Assembly: GCF_006345805.1 (NCBI RefSeq)
Contig: NC_043005.1
Span: forward strand, 26,598,001-26,662,000
Origin: Octopus sinensis
Taxonomy: Eukaryota
DNA length: 64,000 bases
Direction: 5' to 3'
In this document: one piece after another, positions 49,934 to 63,884 of the stretch
Layout of the letters: each line of letters starts with the position of its first letter
How positions within the stretch are numbered: the first letter of the stretch is position 1
Position numbers and translations under genes: made by a program
The notes under the pieces: generated by a model
What the model was told of the DNA's origin: nothing
What the model saw: only the letters and a program-made list of their open reading frames with translations
Database searches by the model: none

Positions 49934-52580
49934 GATGGCCGTCTACTCGTGACCGAGGAAGACCATTGCTGACCTTCAGGAACATTGTACACTCTAGGAC
50001 TAACTTATATTTTGCATTTGCGGCTCCATTGGTGGCTAATGAGCCCTGATCTTGACAAGCATACACGACTACAATCATTATAAACCAAGCTTTCCCCATT
50101 CACTACACTAGCAGTGCACTTTCGAGCAGCCCGCTTAAATTCTTCATGTAGAATACGTGCTCCTCAAAGGTGTCGGCCCCCACCTTAACCTGCTTCCTCC
50201 ATCTGTGGCGATGACAGGCATTGCTCTCCCAGTCAGCCTCTTGCATATCACAGGCCTTTAATGAGGACTTGATAGCGTCCTTAAATCGGAGCCTTGGTCT
50301 CTTTCCACTAACAACTTCCCCGTATAGCCTCTGTTTAGGGATCCTGCGATCCTTCATTCTAATAAGGTGTTCAGTCCAACGTAACCGGTGCCTGTGCACC
50401 ATCGCCTCAATACTCAAGTTATCAGCTGTCCTCAGGACATGTGTGTCTGGAGTTTTTAAGGTCCAGCCAACATTCAGAACGTGTCTCAGACATCTCTGAT
50501 GAAAGTGTTCAAGGACCTTTACATGACGTTTGTAAAGGGTCCATGTTTCACATGAGTAAAGGAGCGATGTCAGTACACATGCACGGTACACAGTAATTTT
50601 TGTTTGCTTCGTGATGCCATGCTGGGACCCTACACGAGACTGAAGGGACTGGAAGGAATCAGTTGCTCCCTGCAGCCTGAAAGATATTTCATCATCCAGG
50701 GAGCAAGAACAGCTTAGTGTGCTACCCAAGTAGACAAACATGTCTACTACTTTCAGAATTGTTCCTCCAACCAAGATAGCTGGTTCCACATATGGATATC
50801 CTGGTGCAGGCTGGAACATTACAACAATCTTGTCTAGGTTAATGCTGAGTCCAAATACCTTGCAAGAAGCAGAAAAACGATTCATAAGTATTTGTATGTC
50901 ATCCACTGTATGAGTGACTAAGTTACAGTCATCTATATAAAGGAGATCCCGAATGAGAGACTGGAAAACTTTTGAATTGGCAGCAAATCGGCGCAGATTA
51001 AAGAGGCGGCCAGAAGATCGATACCTGACATATATTCCCAGAGAGCTAACCTTAGCATTAGCATGAGTAAAAGCAGCAGCAAAGTACAAGGAAAAGAGAG
51101 TTGGGGCAAGGATGTCACCCTGCTTGACACCATTCTCTACAGGAATGGGTCCCGCCATGCCACCACAAACATTGACTCAAGCCTCCATCCCATCATGAAA
51201 TGATTTAATTATAGATACAAAGTGATCCGGACATCCAAGTTTACCAATTTTTTTTTTTATAGCAAGGCCTTATTCACAATATCAAAGGCCTTGGTTAAAT
51301 CAGTGAATACCTGGACAAGAGCCATATTCTGCTCATAGCACTTCTGCAACTGTCTTGCTGTGAAAATCATATCCCTTGTCCCTCTACCAGATTGGTAGCT
51401 ACATAGAGATTCAGATAGGACATCATTTACGAAACACCCATTCAGCCTGGTAAGAAGAATATTTGCCAGAACCTTGCCAGCAGCTGATAGTAGAGCAATA
51501 CCTCTGTAGTTACCACACATTGTTCTGGCTCCTTTTCCTTTATATAGAGGAAGAATAATTGCATTCTTCCAGTCCTTAGACATTGCACCATCCCTCCAGA
51601 CTGCACTAATAAGTTCATGAAGGGACTGTGTGATGCATTTACCACCAAATCGCAAGACCTCAGCACAAATTCCATCCCTTCCAGGTGCCCTACCAAGATT
51701 CAATTTACTTATTGATATCATTACTTCATCTATTGAGGGTAAGGAATTTAAGGAGTCAATGATAGGTCTTTGTTGCATCGTATCAATCACTGTTTCATCC
51801 ACAACTGATTCATGGTTTAGGAGTTCAGAGAATTGTTCAATTCAGCGACCTGTGATTTCTGTTGATTTAGTAACTAGAGTGGAGCTCCGCTCCAGCTCCG
51901 CTCCAGCTCCTTTCACTGGAAAGCAAAGGGGCTGATGCAGAGCTCTTAGGCCCATAAACTTGCTTCATAAGATGGTAAAGTTTCTTGCTAGCATTTGCAT
52001 CAGCAGCAGTCTGAACATCATGAGCAAGATCTTTCGACCAAGTGTTCTGCATCTTCCTGAGAGATCGCTGCAAGTGTGATTTTACACTGCTATTGTGAGC
52101 AAGTGCTAGATTTCGCTGCACAGTCTCTCAAAGTGGAGCTATATCAATGTTATAGCGGTTCAGCTCGCGAGCAACAAGTGCAGTGCGTCTTTCAAGCCTA
52201 CAATCACTCTTGTTATCCAACAGAATGCTTACATTCCAACATGGAACGTTCAAGTTCCATCCAGATATAGTAAAAAAAAGTTTCTTTGTTTTTTGAGCAC
52301 AGGATGGACATCCGTCAGTCGCGCTAAACTGACCAGACATAGAAAGACAAGTAATTTTTGGTTCACCTTTTCTAGAACCCTCCCGGCCTCCGGGTGAGCA
52401 GTGCTCTCTCCAAATGGAACTGCTGAGATACCTGTGCAGCAACCGAATCCTATCGCTGTCTTGGGCGACAAAGAGACGACTGTATTACTAGCATGGATCA
52501 CCTATGTGCAGGTCGCTGACAACATGCTTTCAACCCGTCAGGTCTTCATGCTTCACCACCTGCCCATCGCTGCAGGTCTT
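49930..52580 (-). mobile_element. RTE-clade LINE, internally deleted and decayed
   Basis: WNVSILLD..ERRTALVARELNRYNIDIA; RAPGRDGI..ILPLYKGKG..CGNYRGIALLS; GVKQGDILAP; LLYIDD; FVYLGS; LLYSCETW; RHRLRW; RIPKQ.LYG. Confidence 0.95.
50103..51802 (-). pseudogene. RTE reverse transcriptase split over frames
   Basis: ORFs 51257-51802 and 50103-51158 are consecutive RT segments separated by frameshift/stop; YADD appears as YIDD. Confidence 0.9.
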
Positions 52581-52634
52581 CCAAATAAAGATAAAATAAA
52601 TGAATGCTAAAAATAAGGATACATATATACTAAA

Positions 52635-52677
<43 letters not shown>

Positions 52678-52879
52678 ATCTATATATATATATTATATAT
52701 ATATATTATATATATATATATTAATCAGCCGAAATTGCGAAGATGATCTGGTTCTTGACTGATGACTGAGGGCTTCGAATGTCCCGTCCTGTGGTTCTTG
52801 TGTCGTCTCTTTGGTGTTTCATGTTCTTGTCCATGTCTGTATTTATTTTTTACTGTTTACATATATATATATATATATG

Positions 52880-53436
52880 GGAAAAACAGGATATATCTAG
52901 TAGATGTCAGCAATACCTGTGCAGAGTTTTAGGTCCAATAAGGCTTGCACAACACCTCATAGACCCTCTTCACTTTATTGACATTATCCAGAGACAAGCC
53001 AGAGCAAGATGTCTGGTGCCAATATGAGTCGCAGGCTCAGAGATATGGGAGAGCCATGATCTCTAGCACAAACCAAAGATCCCCAAAATGTCCAATACCA
53101 TTTGCTGCATATCATCTTTTATATCAGAGTGACCTTCACCTAGAGACATGCTTCAACAGAAGCTGAGGGGTGCCCCTCTCCCAGTGGTCTTCTAGCACAC
53201 CAGATACCATCCCAGAATTTCTGCGTACCCGTGCTATTGCTAGATAGCCATTGAGCCTGCACTAGGTTTATCTGACCCTTCAACAGGTCTTGTTTTTAAT
53301 CCTGCTGGGTTTCTAGCAACCCTCCCCACCAGGGTAGCCTGGTAAGGGTGCTGGTTTAGTCGCCGACAACCCGACCATGCAACAGGATTTACTGGATTCC
53401 ATGTTTCCAGTAGCACTTATGAGAGCCTCATAAGTG

Positions 53437-53440
<4 letters not shown>
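52880..53440. other. Unassigned GC-richer segment, possibly another LINE 5' region
   Basis: Shares ATACCTGTGCAG with the RTE 5' region (~52428); otherwise unrecognised. Confidence 0.25.
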
Positions 53441-53501
<61 letters not shown>

Positions 53502-53784
53502 CTGTAATATAATGTGACAATTATTTAGTTGCCATAATAAGACTCCGAGGCAATCAAAATAATGCTATGAAAATGACCGTTGAACAAAGGGAAATTACTA
53601 TGTAATTGACCGTTATTAAAACAAACAAAAGAGCTATTAGAATAAGCGTTAAATAAGGGGGAAAACCGAAGAGGAGAAAGTAAAAGATGATGGCAACCGA
53701 ATAATTGTCACATATCATATTACAGATAAATTCCTCAATTTACATAATATTGAGGTCACATTCATTCTTTTGTTGTCTTACCAT

Positions 53785-54452
53785 TCTGGATCTTAAGAAC
53801 TTTCCGGTCCAGAGAACAAGGTGTCATCATACCACTTTTCTCCTCCTTTGTACGGCCACACCTCGAATACTGTGGTCTCCCCATACAAGACAAAGCATCT
53901 CGAGGAGTGAATCACCCCAGAGGGCACTCACTAAACGAATTGAAGGCATGGCTGCTCTCGATTATTGGGATCGCCTTAAAGCCTTGAAACTTTATTCCCT
54001 CCAGCGTCGCCGTGAGCGGTACATCATTTGTACGATGTGGAGAATATACCGCCAACTTTGCCCAAACGACCTGAACATTAGCTTCAAGGTTCATCCAAGA
54101 CTGGGACCACGGGCCATACGTCCCCTGCCCAATTCCAGATCACAGCATACATGTACACTGCAACATAATTTCTTTTCCTCAACAGGCCCTGCCCTATTTA
54201 ACATTGTCCCGAAAGGGATCAAAGAGGAAAAGGATCCCATCAACTTTAAACGGAGTCTGGATAGATTCCTTCAAGGAATACCAGATAAGCCACCCATAAT
54301 TGGATACAACTCACCCAACAAAAACTCACTACTCGAATGGACCATAAACAAAACTTGACTTAAACAGGATTCAAATAATCCTATCAGGTGGTGCTATTAA
54401 GTTAGACATGGCCTGGACCAATCTTTGGTCGAAACATATCTAAGTTTATCTA
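53785..54452 (+). mobile_element. CR1/L2-group LINE 3' fragment with TCTAAGTTTA tail
   Basis: WILRTFRS, FVRPHLEY, YWDRLKALKLYSLQRRRERY, ALFNIVP, FKRSLDRFL; stop at 54358. Confidence 0.9.
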
Positions 54453-54513
<61 letters not shown>

Positions 54514-55041
54514 GCCGGCTGCCAACACTTTTTTCTGCAAACTAAGGGTAACTTATCCTTATATTATTAGCATTATCCTGCGTTTGAGAATTTAAAATCA
54601 CTTCTTTAACTTTCTAAGACATCTCAACGCTTCTAAAGCAAACTTCGTTTGTTTGTTTACGTTCATCGTAATTTCATTTTAACATATATATATATATATA
54701 TCAGTGTGTGTGTGTGTGTATACATACATTCACTACACATACACACCCACCCAGCCACGGATAATTAGAGATCGAGTAAGCAGAGCAACGCAGGTTGGAC
54801 GTACGAAAGTAAACAAATGTGATCTAAAACAATTGACGAAGACGGAATACAGCCTTTCGGCCAAACAGACTTGAATAATGGGTACCAGCTGGAAGAAACC
54901 CTGAATGGATATAGAGAAACAGAGAGAGGGAGGAGATAGATGTTGACTGGCAAGATAAGCGTCCGGTGGCGAAAGGCAGAGAGGTGGGAAACTTAGTCAC
55001 GTGTCACGTGCGTGCGTATAGTTACATTTATGCCTGTGAAC

Positions 55042-55900
55042 ATACGAGGAGCATTCTAGAATTATTGGGATTTTTTTTTTTTGTTATAACTGTCCAAAAT
55101 ATTTGCAATTTAAGTCTACCATTACTATACACGTGATAAGCTGAGTTGCCAACATTTAAAAAAATTCTAGCTTGAAGGAGCTGGTTGTAGTAGCACTTTG
55201 AACACATCCTACTAAAAACTGCTTATCGCAGCTGACTAGTTTGCCGAATGCAGTTAGGACGTTTGGAAGGTCACTGTGCAACAGATTTTTGTGTAAACTG
55301 GGTAAAAATTCAACGAAAACTTGTGAAATGCTTCAGACTGCATATGGATTAACTTTTTCCGCTGGAATAAGAGGTTCAAGGATGGCTGAGTGGAGGTGAG
55401 AGGCGATGAGAGGTGATGAGAGGTGTGGGAGGGAGAAGGACGTCAGGACATTAGAGCTAGATGAGAAAATACGCAATTTTCAAGATGAAGACCGTCGTGT
55501 GCCTATAAAGACAATACCCAGAATTAACCATGATGATCTGAACATGCGTAAATTTCGTGCAAAGTTGGATTCCCGGGTGCTCAGTGACGAGTATACTGGT
55601 AACCAACTATTTGACAAAGATTTGCATCAAAACTGCCCCTTATTCTTGCTACAATCCAGGCCTTGCTCCTTATAACTTTTTTGGCTGTTTTCCAAGATGA
55701 AAGAGAAACTCGGGAACTTCCGTTTTGAAAACATTGAGAAGATGGGAGCCGTGACAACTGTCCTGAATACCTAATCTTTGGAGGATGTGCATGACGGCCT
55801 TCACGAAGTGGGTTGAGAGCTACAAGGGAAATCAAAGGAGCTTTCTTTAAAAGAGATTAGAGTCTTGTACTTTGAAAATAATAAATGTCCCTCCTTTTGG
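55042..55900 (+). pseudogene. Internally deleted mariner remnant
   Basis: TACGAGG start; FLCKLGKNSTKTCEMLQTAYG; KRFKDG; DEDRR; DLNMRKFRAK; YLTK..YNPGLAPYNFF (YSPDLAP-like). Confidence 0.8.
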
Positions 55901-56200
55901 AATGCTACTTGTGGATGCCTGCATATGTGGATGCAGCTACCAACAGAACTGCATGATAGCTTAACATAAAGGAAGAGTTAATTTGAAGTTGAGATGGCTC
56001 TTGAAATATTCTTACGCAAAAGCTATTTAACGAACATTTCATAATTCAATTCAAGCACATTGGTGATGAATGGAACAACAATCAATAATATTGTTTATAT
56101 GATCAAGTGGGTGTTCGCTTAGTAGTCTTTTAGTCACCCCCGGCACAGACAAATAAACATACATTCACAAACATGCATCAGATACTTTCAAAGCAAATGC

Positions 56201-56265
<65 letters not shown>

Positions 56266-56519
56266 GCACTCACATGCACACACATACACACATATAAACT
56301 GACATATACACTTAAGTCACATGAAGCGATGAGGAAGCCTCTACATAGTCATTCGACATGCTAGAAATAGAAACCAAATCTCCCGCAAAATCACATCATC
56401 ATCATCATCATCATCATTATCATCATCATCATCAACAACAACAACAACAGCAACAACATCGCCTTTGATTTTGGACATAGTCAATCATGGTTGACCATAG
56501 CAATAAAGAAAGACATGTT

Positions 56520-56620
56520 AGCAAACGTCATTCCGTATATACAAAAACGACAGGTTGGTCACGGTTGGAACTCCTTTTATCATAGATCTGCTCAATCAAG
56601 GCTGACCTGGGGGCTAAACA
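56520..56620. repeat. Short interspersed repeat, inverted copy at ~58335-58405
   Basis: AAAACGACAGGTTGGTCACGGTTGGAA in both; both near (CAA/GTT)n. Confidence 0.6.
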
Positions 56621-57079
56621 CCACTATCCATTGGTTCATCTGTGTCTCATCCTGTGTTGTGTTGTTGGCTGCTTACAACAAAATATTTGGAAGAAGGCTG
56701 TTGCTGTAATTGATGTTGTTGTTGTTGTTGTTGTTGTTGACTATATTCTTAATTACAAATGTTATGAGGTGTGAATGTATGAGATATTCTTAGTCTTATT
56801 CTGTCTGTGTGTGAGTGAGCGTCTAGTACATAACACATACCTACACACATGCACGCAATACACACATACACGGATATTTCTGTACGATGCGGCACGAAAG
56901 CGTTAACGCGGATGCATACAAAAATATGTGTTCGTGAAAGAGCGAAAGGAAAGAAAGAAAGATATAAGAGAATCAGTGTGTCGCATTAAAAAAAATTAAG
57001 GATGAAAGAAAAGAGGAACATGTATGTATATATATATGTGTGTGTGTGTGTGTGTAAATACATACATACAACATACATA

Positions 57080-57159
<80 letters not shown>

Positions 57160-57173
57160 CATACATACATATA

Positions 57174-57212
<39 letters not shown>

Positions 57213-57336
57213 TATGTATATATACATATATATTTAAATATACATGTGTACATACATTTATATATATATAATATTAACATGTACGTGTGTGCGTGTGTAT
57301 GTATGTGTCTATACATACATATATATATATAAGTGA

Positions 57337-57375
<39 letters not shown>

Positions 57376-59472
57376 GTCTATATACATATATATTTACATA
57401 TACATATATATATTATATAATATTTAATATGTACGTGTGTGTATAAATGTGGCATTGAATGAAAGAGTTCTTGAGAGCATTACATCATGGTTGAATATTT
57501 ATGATGTATTACCCGCCACCCCTTACTCACCCGATCATATACACTTGTCTCATACTGAATATTGGCGTGATGTCACCTTATTCCAATCACTAAAACGCAC
57601 ACACATATATATATATCTGTGTGTGTGTGTGTGTGTGTGTGTGTTTGAGCGTGTGTTTGAGCGTGTATGTATGTATGTATGAACACATACACACACAAAT
57701 AGGCACACTGTGTATTGGATACGTTCGACCAATCAGATCATTTTGACCTTCAATAAGAGACGAAGTGGGAGTAATAGTATGAGTGAGTGAGTGAGTGAGA
57801 GAGTAAGTGAATGAGTGGGTGAAGTGTGAGGTAGTCTCTCTTTCTCTCTCTCTCTCTCTACTCTCAAGAGAAGAAGAAAAATAACACAATATATAAACAA
57901 ACAGCATAACAAAGGGAAAGAAAAAAGTTCCCAGTTTTCTGAGACTGGCTTAGCACTAATGACGTCAGAACACCTACCGTTGACGTCATCACTGAAGCAA
58001 AAATTGGCCAAGTAGTAGTATAGTATTGGTGGTGCTGGTGGTAACGGTGATCGTGGTAGTGGAGGGGATGATGGTGGTGGTGGTGGTGTGGTTGTCGTGC
58101 TTGTCATTGTTGATATTATTGTCATCATCGTCGTCGTCGTCGTCGTCGTTATCGCAATAAGAAAAAAGGCGAAAGACACCAACAACAACAAAAAAGAAAG
58201 AAGGGTTTCATTGTTAGCCCTTTTTTTTTCTAGAATGGTCAATATCTTAATTAAGAGATAATAACGGATAATTAGATTATTGGATGGTATTTCAGATGTT
58301 ATGTTGTTGTTGTCGTTGGATGTGTTGTTGTTGCTGTTTTTAACTTTGATCGGGTTGACCTACGCTTAAAGGCTTTCCAACCGTGACCAACCTGTCGTTT
58401 TGGAATGTGTGTGTCGGACTCAGTTATATAGGATGTGCTTTATTTAAACAGGTAGGCTGTAAGGTGGAGGAGTTTGGCTGTTCTTTCTAGCGGGTTCAAC
58501 GACCATATAGGATCATACGCGGTGGTTGACTGGCTGGCCGGGCTGGTGGTAGGTGATTGGATGGTATTATGGATTGGTGGGTGAGTGGTTGAGAGAAGGG
58601 TTTTATATACGGGTGGCAAGACTGATGGGTGGCAAGAATAATGGATGGCAAGACTGAAGAGTGGATGAAGTGATGAACGGATGGAATGGGTTGTTGTATG
58701 GGGTAGGAGTGCGTGGAAGTATTGGGATAAATATTTGGTTCCTTGTAGGATGGTGGCATGTATAGAGGGACAGACGGGTGGTTCGGAGGGTAGATATATA
58801 GATACACGGAGGTATGAGATGGAGTGTTCGATGGGATGGGTGGAGGGCTGGATGAATGTGTAGATGGGCGGGTTGATGTGTGGGACAACACAATACACCC
58901 ACGTATATGTATGTGTATGTGTGTATGTGTGTGTACGCATACAATTACTCACACACATACTTCTACACACACACACACATATATATATATATACGTGGAT
59001 GTATGTATTTATGTATGTAAAATGTGTATGTGTGTATGTATATATGCATGTGTTCATGTATGAACGGATGTATATATTGCGTTGATGAATGGATTGAATG
59101 GTGAGATGGATGGTCCTATAGATCAGTTGTAGTCAAACTTGTTTTGCTCGTGTCCCTCCACCCACCTGACCCTTCGAAAACTAACATACCTCCGTAATCC
59201 TCTTACAGATACCCTTAATTGAATCAAGAGAAAAAAATATGTATAAAAACAAAATCACTTTTATCATTTTCAATGTTTATTAATTGTATTTGTATCATAT
59301 AAACAGAAAAATGTTTGCAGCAGCTTCCAAAAATAAACAGATATATAAGTTGATAACAATAGCTATGAGATGAAATTTTGTATTAGAAACGAAAATTCTA
59401 TTATGATATAATAATAGCCTATAGGGACTACTTTAATAAGGTATACGTGGTTAACAAACAAACAAATAAAAA

Positions 59473-59523
<51 letters not shown>

Positions 59524-59851
59524 GGAGAAAGAAGGTAAACTCGTGAAAACAAAAAAAAAAAATTATCGAGCAGATATCCTGGCAATTTGTATTCCTCAGG
59601 TGTTACGAAATACCTGCGTAAATAATATTGTTTCGTGTGATAAATCTTTGTATTTTCATTTTGGAAGCTATATACTACATAGCAGTAGTAAGCTGTAGCA
59701 GTGTTCAATAAGACATGCTGCTCAAATTACGCACAAATATTATTAATAAAATAAAAGGATTATGACAACGCGATCGATCTGGTAGTTACAATTGCGTATG
59801 GAGACGCAGAAAATATTGTGGACTCTATTATTATTATTATCATTATTATTA

Positions 59852-60079
59852 CTTTTTTTTTTCTTCTTTCAAATTTGCTTCCATTTCTTGCCGAGTGTCT
59901 TCCCGACTCCTAGGGCAAAGAAACTCATAGTATACATTGGTAGGCCATTAAACCAAACTCAGTAGTTCGTTCATTTTTTAAATTTTTTTTTTAAAGTTAA
60001 ATTAAAATACATGAGCAGCAACAGTTCTCACATCGACAATGCTCTTCTCAATACGTGTGATGTACCAGTTAAGACAATC

Positions 60080-60081
<2 letters not shown>
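59852..60081 (-). mobile_element. Second Dong/R4-type 3' fragment inside (TAA)n
   Basis: Minus 60081-60028 encodes KIVLTGTSHVLRRALSM*, aligning with KIALLGTAHILRRTLSIQ* at ~22000; A-rich end; (TTA)n at 59827-59851 and 60080-60117. Confidence 0.7.
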
Positions 60082-60116
<35 letters not shown>

Positions 60117-60767
60117 CAGGTTGCCTCTAAAAATTTGGTATGCTTCCCCCCCCCCCAACTGAAGACCATTTGCTTTAGAGAATCGTGTTAGTTGTGTCTT
60201 CACAGACGGTTTTTCACTACGAATAAACTGCAATGCTGCTACAGCTTTATATACGTTGTAATTGACGTTTTGCATAAGAAAGCAAACTACAGAGTTGAGC
60301 AGGCAGGCAGGCAGGCAGGCAGGCAAGCAGGCAGACAGACAGCTTGGCAGCGAGTGGCTGCGAGAAGAATGGTTTATTTTTAGAAAGTGAAAGTTGTTTG
60401 TATCTGATGCGAAAATATGACTGTAGTACTATCACTTGAGTAACGACAAGGAAATCTCGGTGTTATGACACAACACACAAGAGTTACCTGTTTGTAAGAA
60501 GGTGAGTGAGTGACGGTTGTATGTAGTTGGGCCTGTGTATAGTTGCGTCTGTTTGTGAATGTATATGAATGTGTGTTTTTATGTGTGTGTGTGTGTGTGT
60601 ATGCATATGAGTAACTGTGTTTCCATACATACTAGCCTGTCTGTCTGAATATGTGTAAATATATAAGTATATGTATGCGTCTATGCACGTATATGTGTAC
60701 ATATATTTGAATGTACGCATCTCTCTCTCTCTATCTATCTATTTATGTGTCTGTCTCCCTCTCTTTG

Positions 60768-60818
<51 letters not shown>

Positions 60819-60837
60819 GTATCTATCTATCTATTTG

Positions 60838-60886
<49 letters not shown>

Positions 60887-60901
60887 ATCTATCTATCTAT
60901 C

Positions 60902-60939
<38 letters not shown>

Positions 60940-61312
60940 ATCTATATATATATATATATATCTGTCTGTCTGTCCGCCTGTCTATCTATCTATCCATCTC
61001 TATCTATCTATCTATCAACCGTCTTTTACTGTCTCTTTCTCATCCTGTCTCTCATTACACGCACACACACGCAAGCGCGAGCACACACACACACACGCAC
61101 ACGCACACTCACACGCACACTCACACACACACACACACACACACACCAGTGCGTGTGCATACACATAAGTGTATTCATATATATGTATATACATAACGAA
61201 TGCATACATCTAATGGTCTAGTTACTATTCTAACCAGATTGTAATTACTTGAGTATTCTCCAAAAATCTCGAGGGAGTTTCCATACACGCACGCACACAC
61301 ACACACAAATGG

Positions 61313-61344
<32 letters not shown>

Positions 61345-61382
61345 ATATATATATATGTTAAAGTTTATTGAAATATACAGAG

Positions 61383-61800
61383 GCGCAGGAGTGGCCGTGT
61401 GGTAAGTAGCTTGCTAACCAACCGCATGGTTCCGGGTTCAGTCCCATTGCGTGACATCTTGGGCAAGTGTCTTCTGCTATAGCCCCGGGCCGACCGATGC
61501 CTTGTGAGTGGATTTGGTAGACGGAAACTGAAAGAAGCCTGTCGTATATATGTATATATATATATATATGTATGTCTGTGTGTCAGTGATTGTCCCCCTA
61601 GCATTGCTTGACAACCGATGCTGGTGTGTTTACGTCCACGTCACTTAGCGGTTCGGCAAAAGAGACTGATAGAATAAGTACTGGGCTTACAAAGAATAAG
61701 TCCCGGGGTCGATTTGCTCGACTAAAGGCGGTGCTCCAGCATGGCCGCAGTCAAATGACTGAAACAAGTAAAAGAGTAAAAGAGTAAAAGAGAAAAGAGT
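61383..61800 (+). mobile_element. SINE family B, full length
   Basis: GGCGCAGGAGTGGCCGTGTGGTAAG head to (AAAGAGT)n tail. Confidence 0.9.
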
Positions 61801-62009
61801 AGGTGAATGTTTATACATAGCTACATAAACACTTGTATAAGTATTGTTATATATTTAACATCATAATAATATACACACAGATATAAAATGCATATAAATA
61901 TGTATTGTGCATGATAATAATAGCAACGACGATGCACGGTGACGTCGATGATAATGATGATGGTGATGATGATGGCTTCATATTTTGATACAAAGCCAGA
62001 AATAATTGT

Positions 62010-62700
62010 TGCAGATTTTGGCTCAAGATTAGCAATTAAGTAGGTCGGAGGTAAGTCGATTTTATCGATCTCAGTGCTCAACTGTTATTTTACTTTATCG
62101 ATCGGAAATGATGAAAGGTAAAGTTGACCTCAGCCAAATTCGAACTCAGAATCTAAGGAGTTAGGATAAATACTGAAAGCGTCTATCCGATGCTCTAATG
62201 ATTTTGACATTTTGCCACATTTTTAACGGCCTTTGATTTAGGCACAAATCCGGTAATGTATTTTGCTCTAATCATCCTTTATAGCCGATTCCGCAGTAAA
62301 TGCAACATCTTTATATATAAATGTATTTAACATGAGAAATTTCGGAGTTTAACCTTCCTTTCAAGCACTGCTGTAAACAGCGGAAGTGAGTTAGAACATT
62401 AAAACTTTGTGCTCAAACAAAGCAGGGTCTAAGGTAAATCTTTGCCAAGCGCCTTTACTCTACGTGCTTTAGCTTCGTTACTATAGCAACAGTCCGGATA
62501 CTTAATGGTTTCAAATTTTGGCAGAAGAGCAACAGAAGAAGTAAGTCGATTACATTGATCCCCGGTGCTGAAATGGTACTTATTTTATCGACCTCGGAAT
62601 GATGAAAGGCTAAGTCGACTTCGGTGGAATTTATGCTCCAAACGTAAAGAGAGAAAGAATGTCTCTCAGCATTTTGCATGCAAACGATTCTGTTTGCTCG
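62010..62700 (-). mobile_element. Two diverged SINE family A copies (~62010-62220, ~62505-62700)
   Basis: GATGAAAGG(T/C)AA..GTTGACCTC/GTCGACTTCGGTGGAATTT cores. Confidence 0.65.
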
Positions 62701-62799
62701 CATCTTTAATGTGTTGTTATATACTAAGGTCTAATATTTCCATTTATTTGTTGTATTTAAGTACAGTATTATAAATGCGTACGTGTCTGTTTATGTACA

Positions 62800-62842
<43 letters not shown>

Positions 62843-63326
62843 TAAACATGCACGCGCCTTTATTCTAGTTGTTCTGAAAACCATGAAAATACTTAATACT
62901 ATAAGTGTGGTGACTAGGGTTTAAATAACTCATAACCGTGTTGATTTGAAAGTAATACAACGAGTCTAAACAAAGTAAATAGAGTGGATAATCAGCTGAC
63001 ATGTTTCCGGTTGTGATCTTTGAAAGTCTGTGAGAAGAGAGAATTTCGAAGAAGGCTCACCAGATCTATGACGTCCGAAAACTTACGATCTTTATCACTT
63101 AAGCCGCTTAGATAAATCTTACTGGTTTCAAAACCTGCTGAGGTGTACGTCCAAGCAAGTGAACGAAACTTTCATTGAAAGCATGTAGTCTATATTTATC
63201 CAACATAAATTCGCACATTCGCAAACACGTGCACTCACACGTATTTCTATATTTATATATTCGCGTACGCATGCGCCGCACGCACATGTACGTATACTCG
63301 GGCATACAGAACACACATATGTGTGT

Positions 63327-63366
<40 letters not shown>

Positions 63367-63543
63367 TTCGTGTTGTGCGTATATGCATACACACATGAGA
63401 TGCACATGAACACACGCACGCACTCGCAGCACATACACACACGTACACACACGTACACACATAGATATACAAACTTCAGAATCACTTAGAAAATGACTAT
63501 TTTTTAAAATCACACAACGAGAGATATTCAGCAACAGTACTTT

Positions 63544-63884
63544 GGAGTAAAGATTATTTGCCAACATAACATGGCAGTCCTGGTTTAGGACTAATGTTGC
63601 TATAATTTAGCCCCAGGAGACATTTCTCCAACTGGCTGTATGACATGATCTGTGTCCTTATATTTTCGAACAAGGGAATCTAGCACCATCACTCAGCTCA
63701 AAATCGCGATACACAGATAATGTTTTGTGCTGAGTTGGGGTTCTAGATTCCCTTGTTCGAAAATATAAGGACACAGATCATGTCGTATAGCCAGCTGGAG
63801 ACGATGTCTCCTGAGGCTAAATTACAGCAACATTCGTCCTAAACCAGGATTGCCATGTTGTGTTGGCAAAACAATCTTTACTCC
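63544..63884. repeat. Fold-back hairpin, ~150 bp arms
   Basis: GGAGTAAAGATT..ATGATCTGTGTCCTTATATTTTCGAACAAGGGAATCTAG pairs with CTAGATTCCCTTGTTCGAAAATATAAGGACACAGATCAT..AATCTTTACTCC. Confidence 0.9.

Noticed and set aside
53340-53440. Possible HDV-like ribozyme on minus strand (GG-TCG..CGA-CTAA-ACCAG) upstream of the RTE
   Set aside because: Could not find P1, the P2 5' strand or a canonical P3/L3; only a P4-like hairpin is present
57437-57560. PATPYSPD resembling the mariner YSPDL motif
   Set aside because: Only a few residues of similarity, no further transposase motifs or TIR nearby
58440-59057. 205 aa Pro/Ser/Thr/His-rich ORF
   Set aside because: Degenerate (CCAT)n/(GGAT)n and (CA)n tracts
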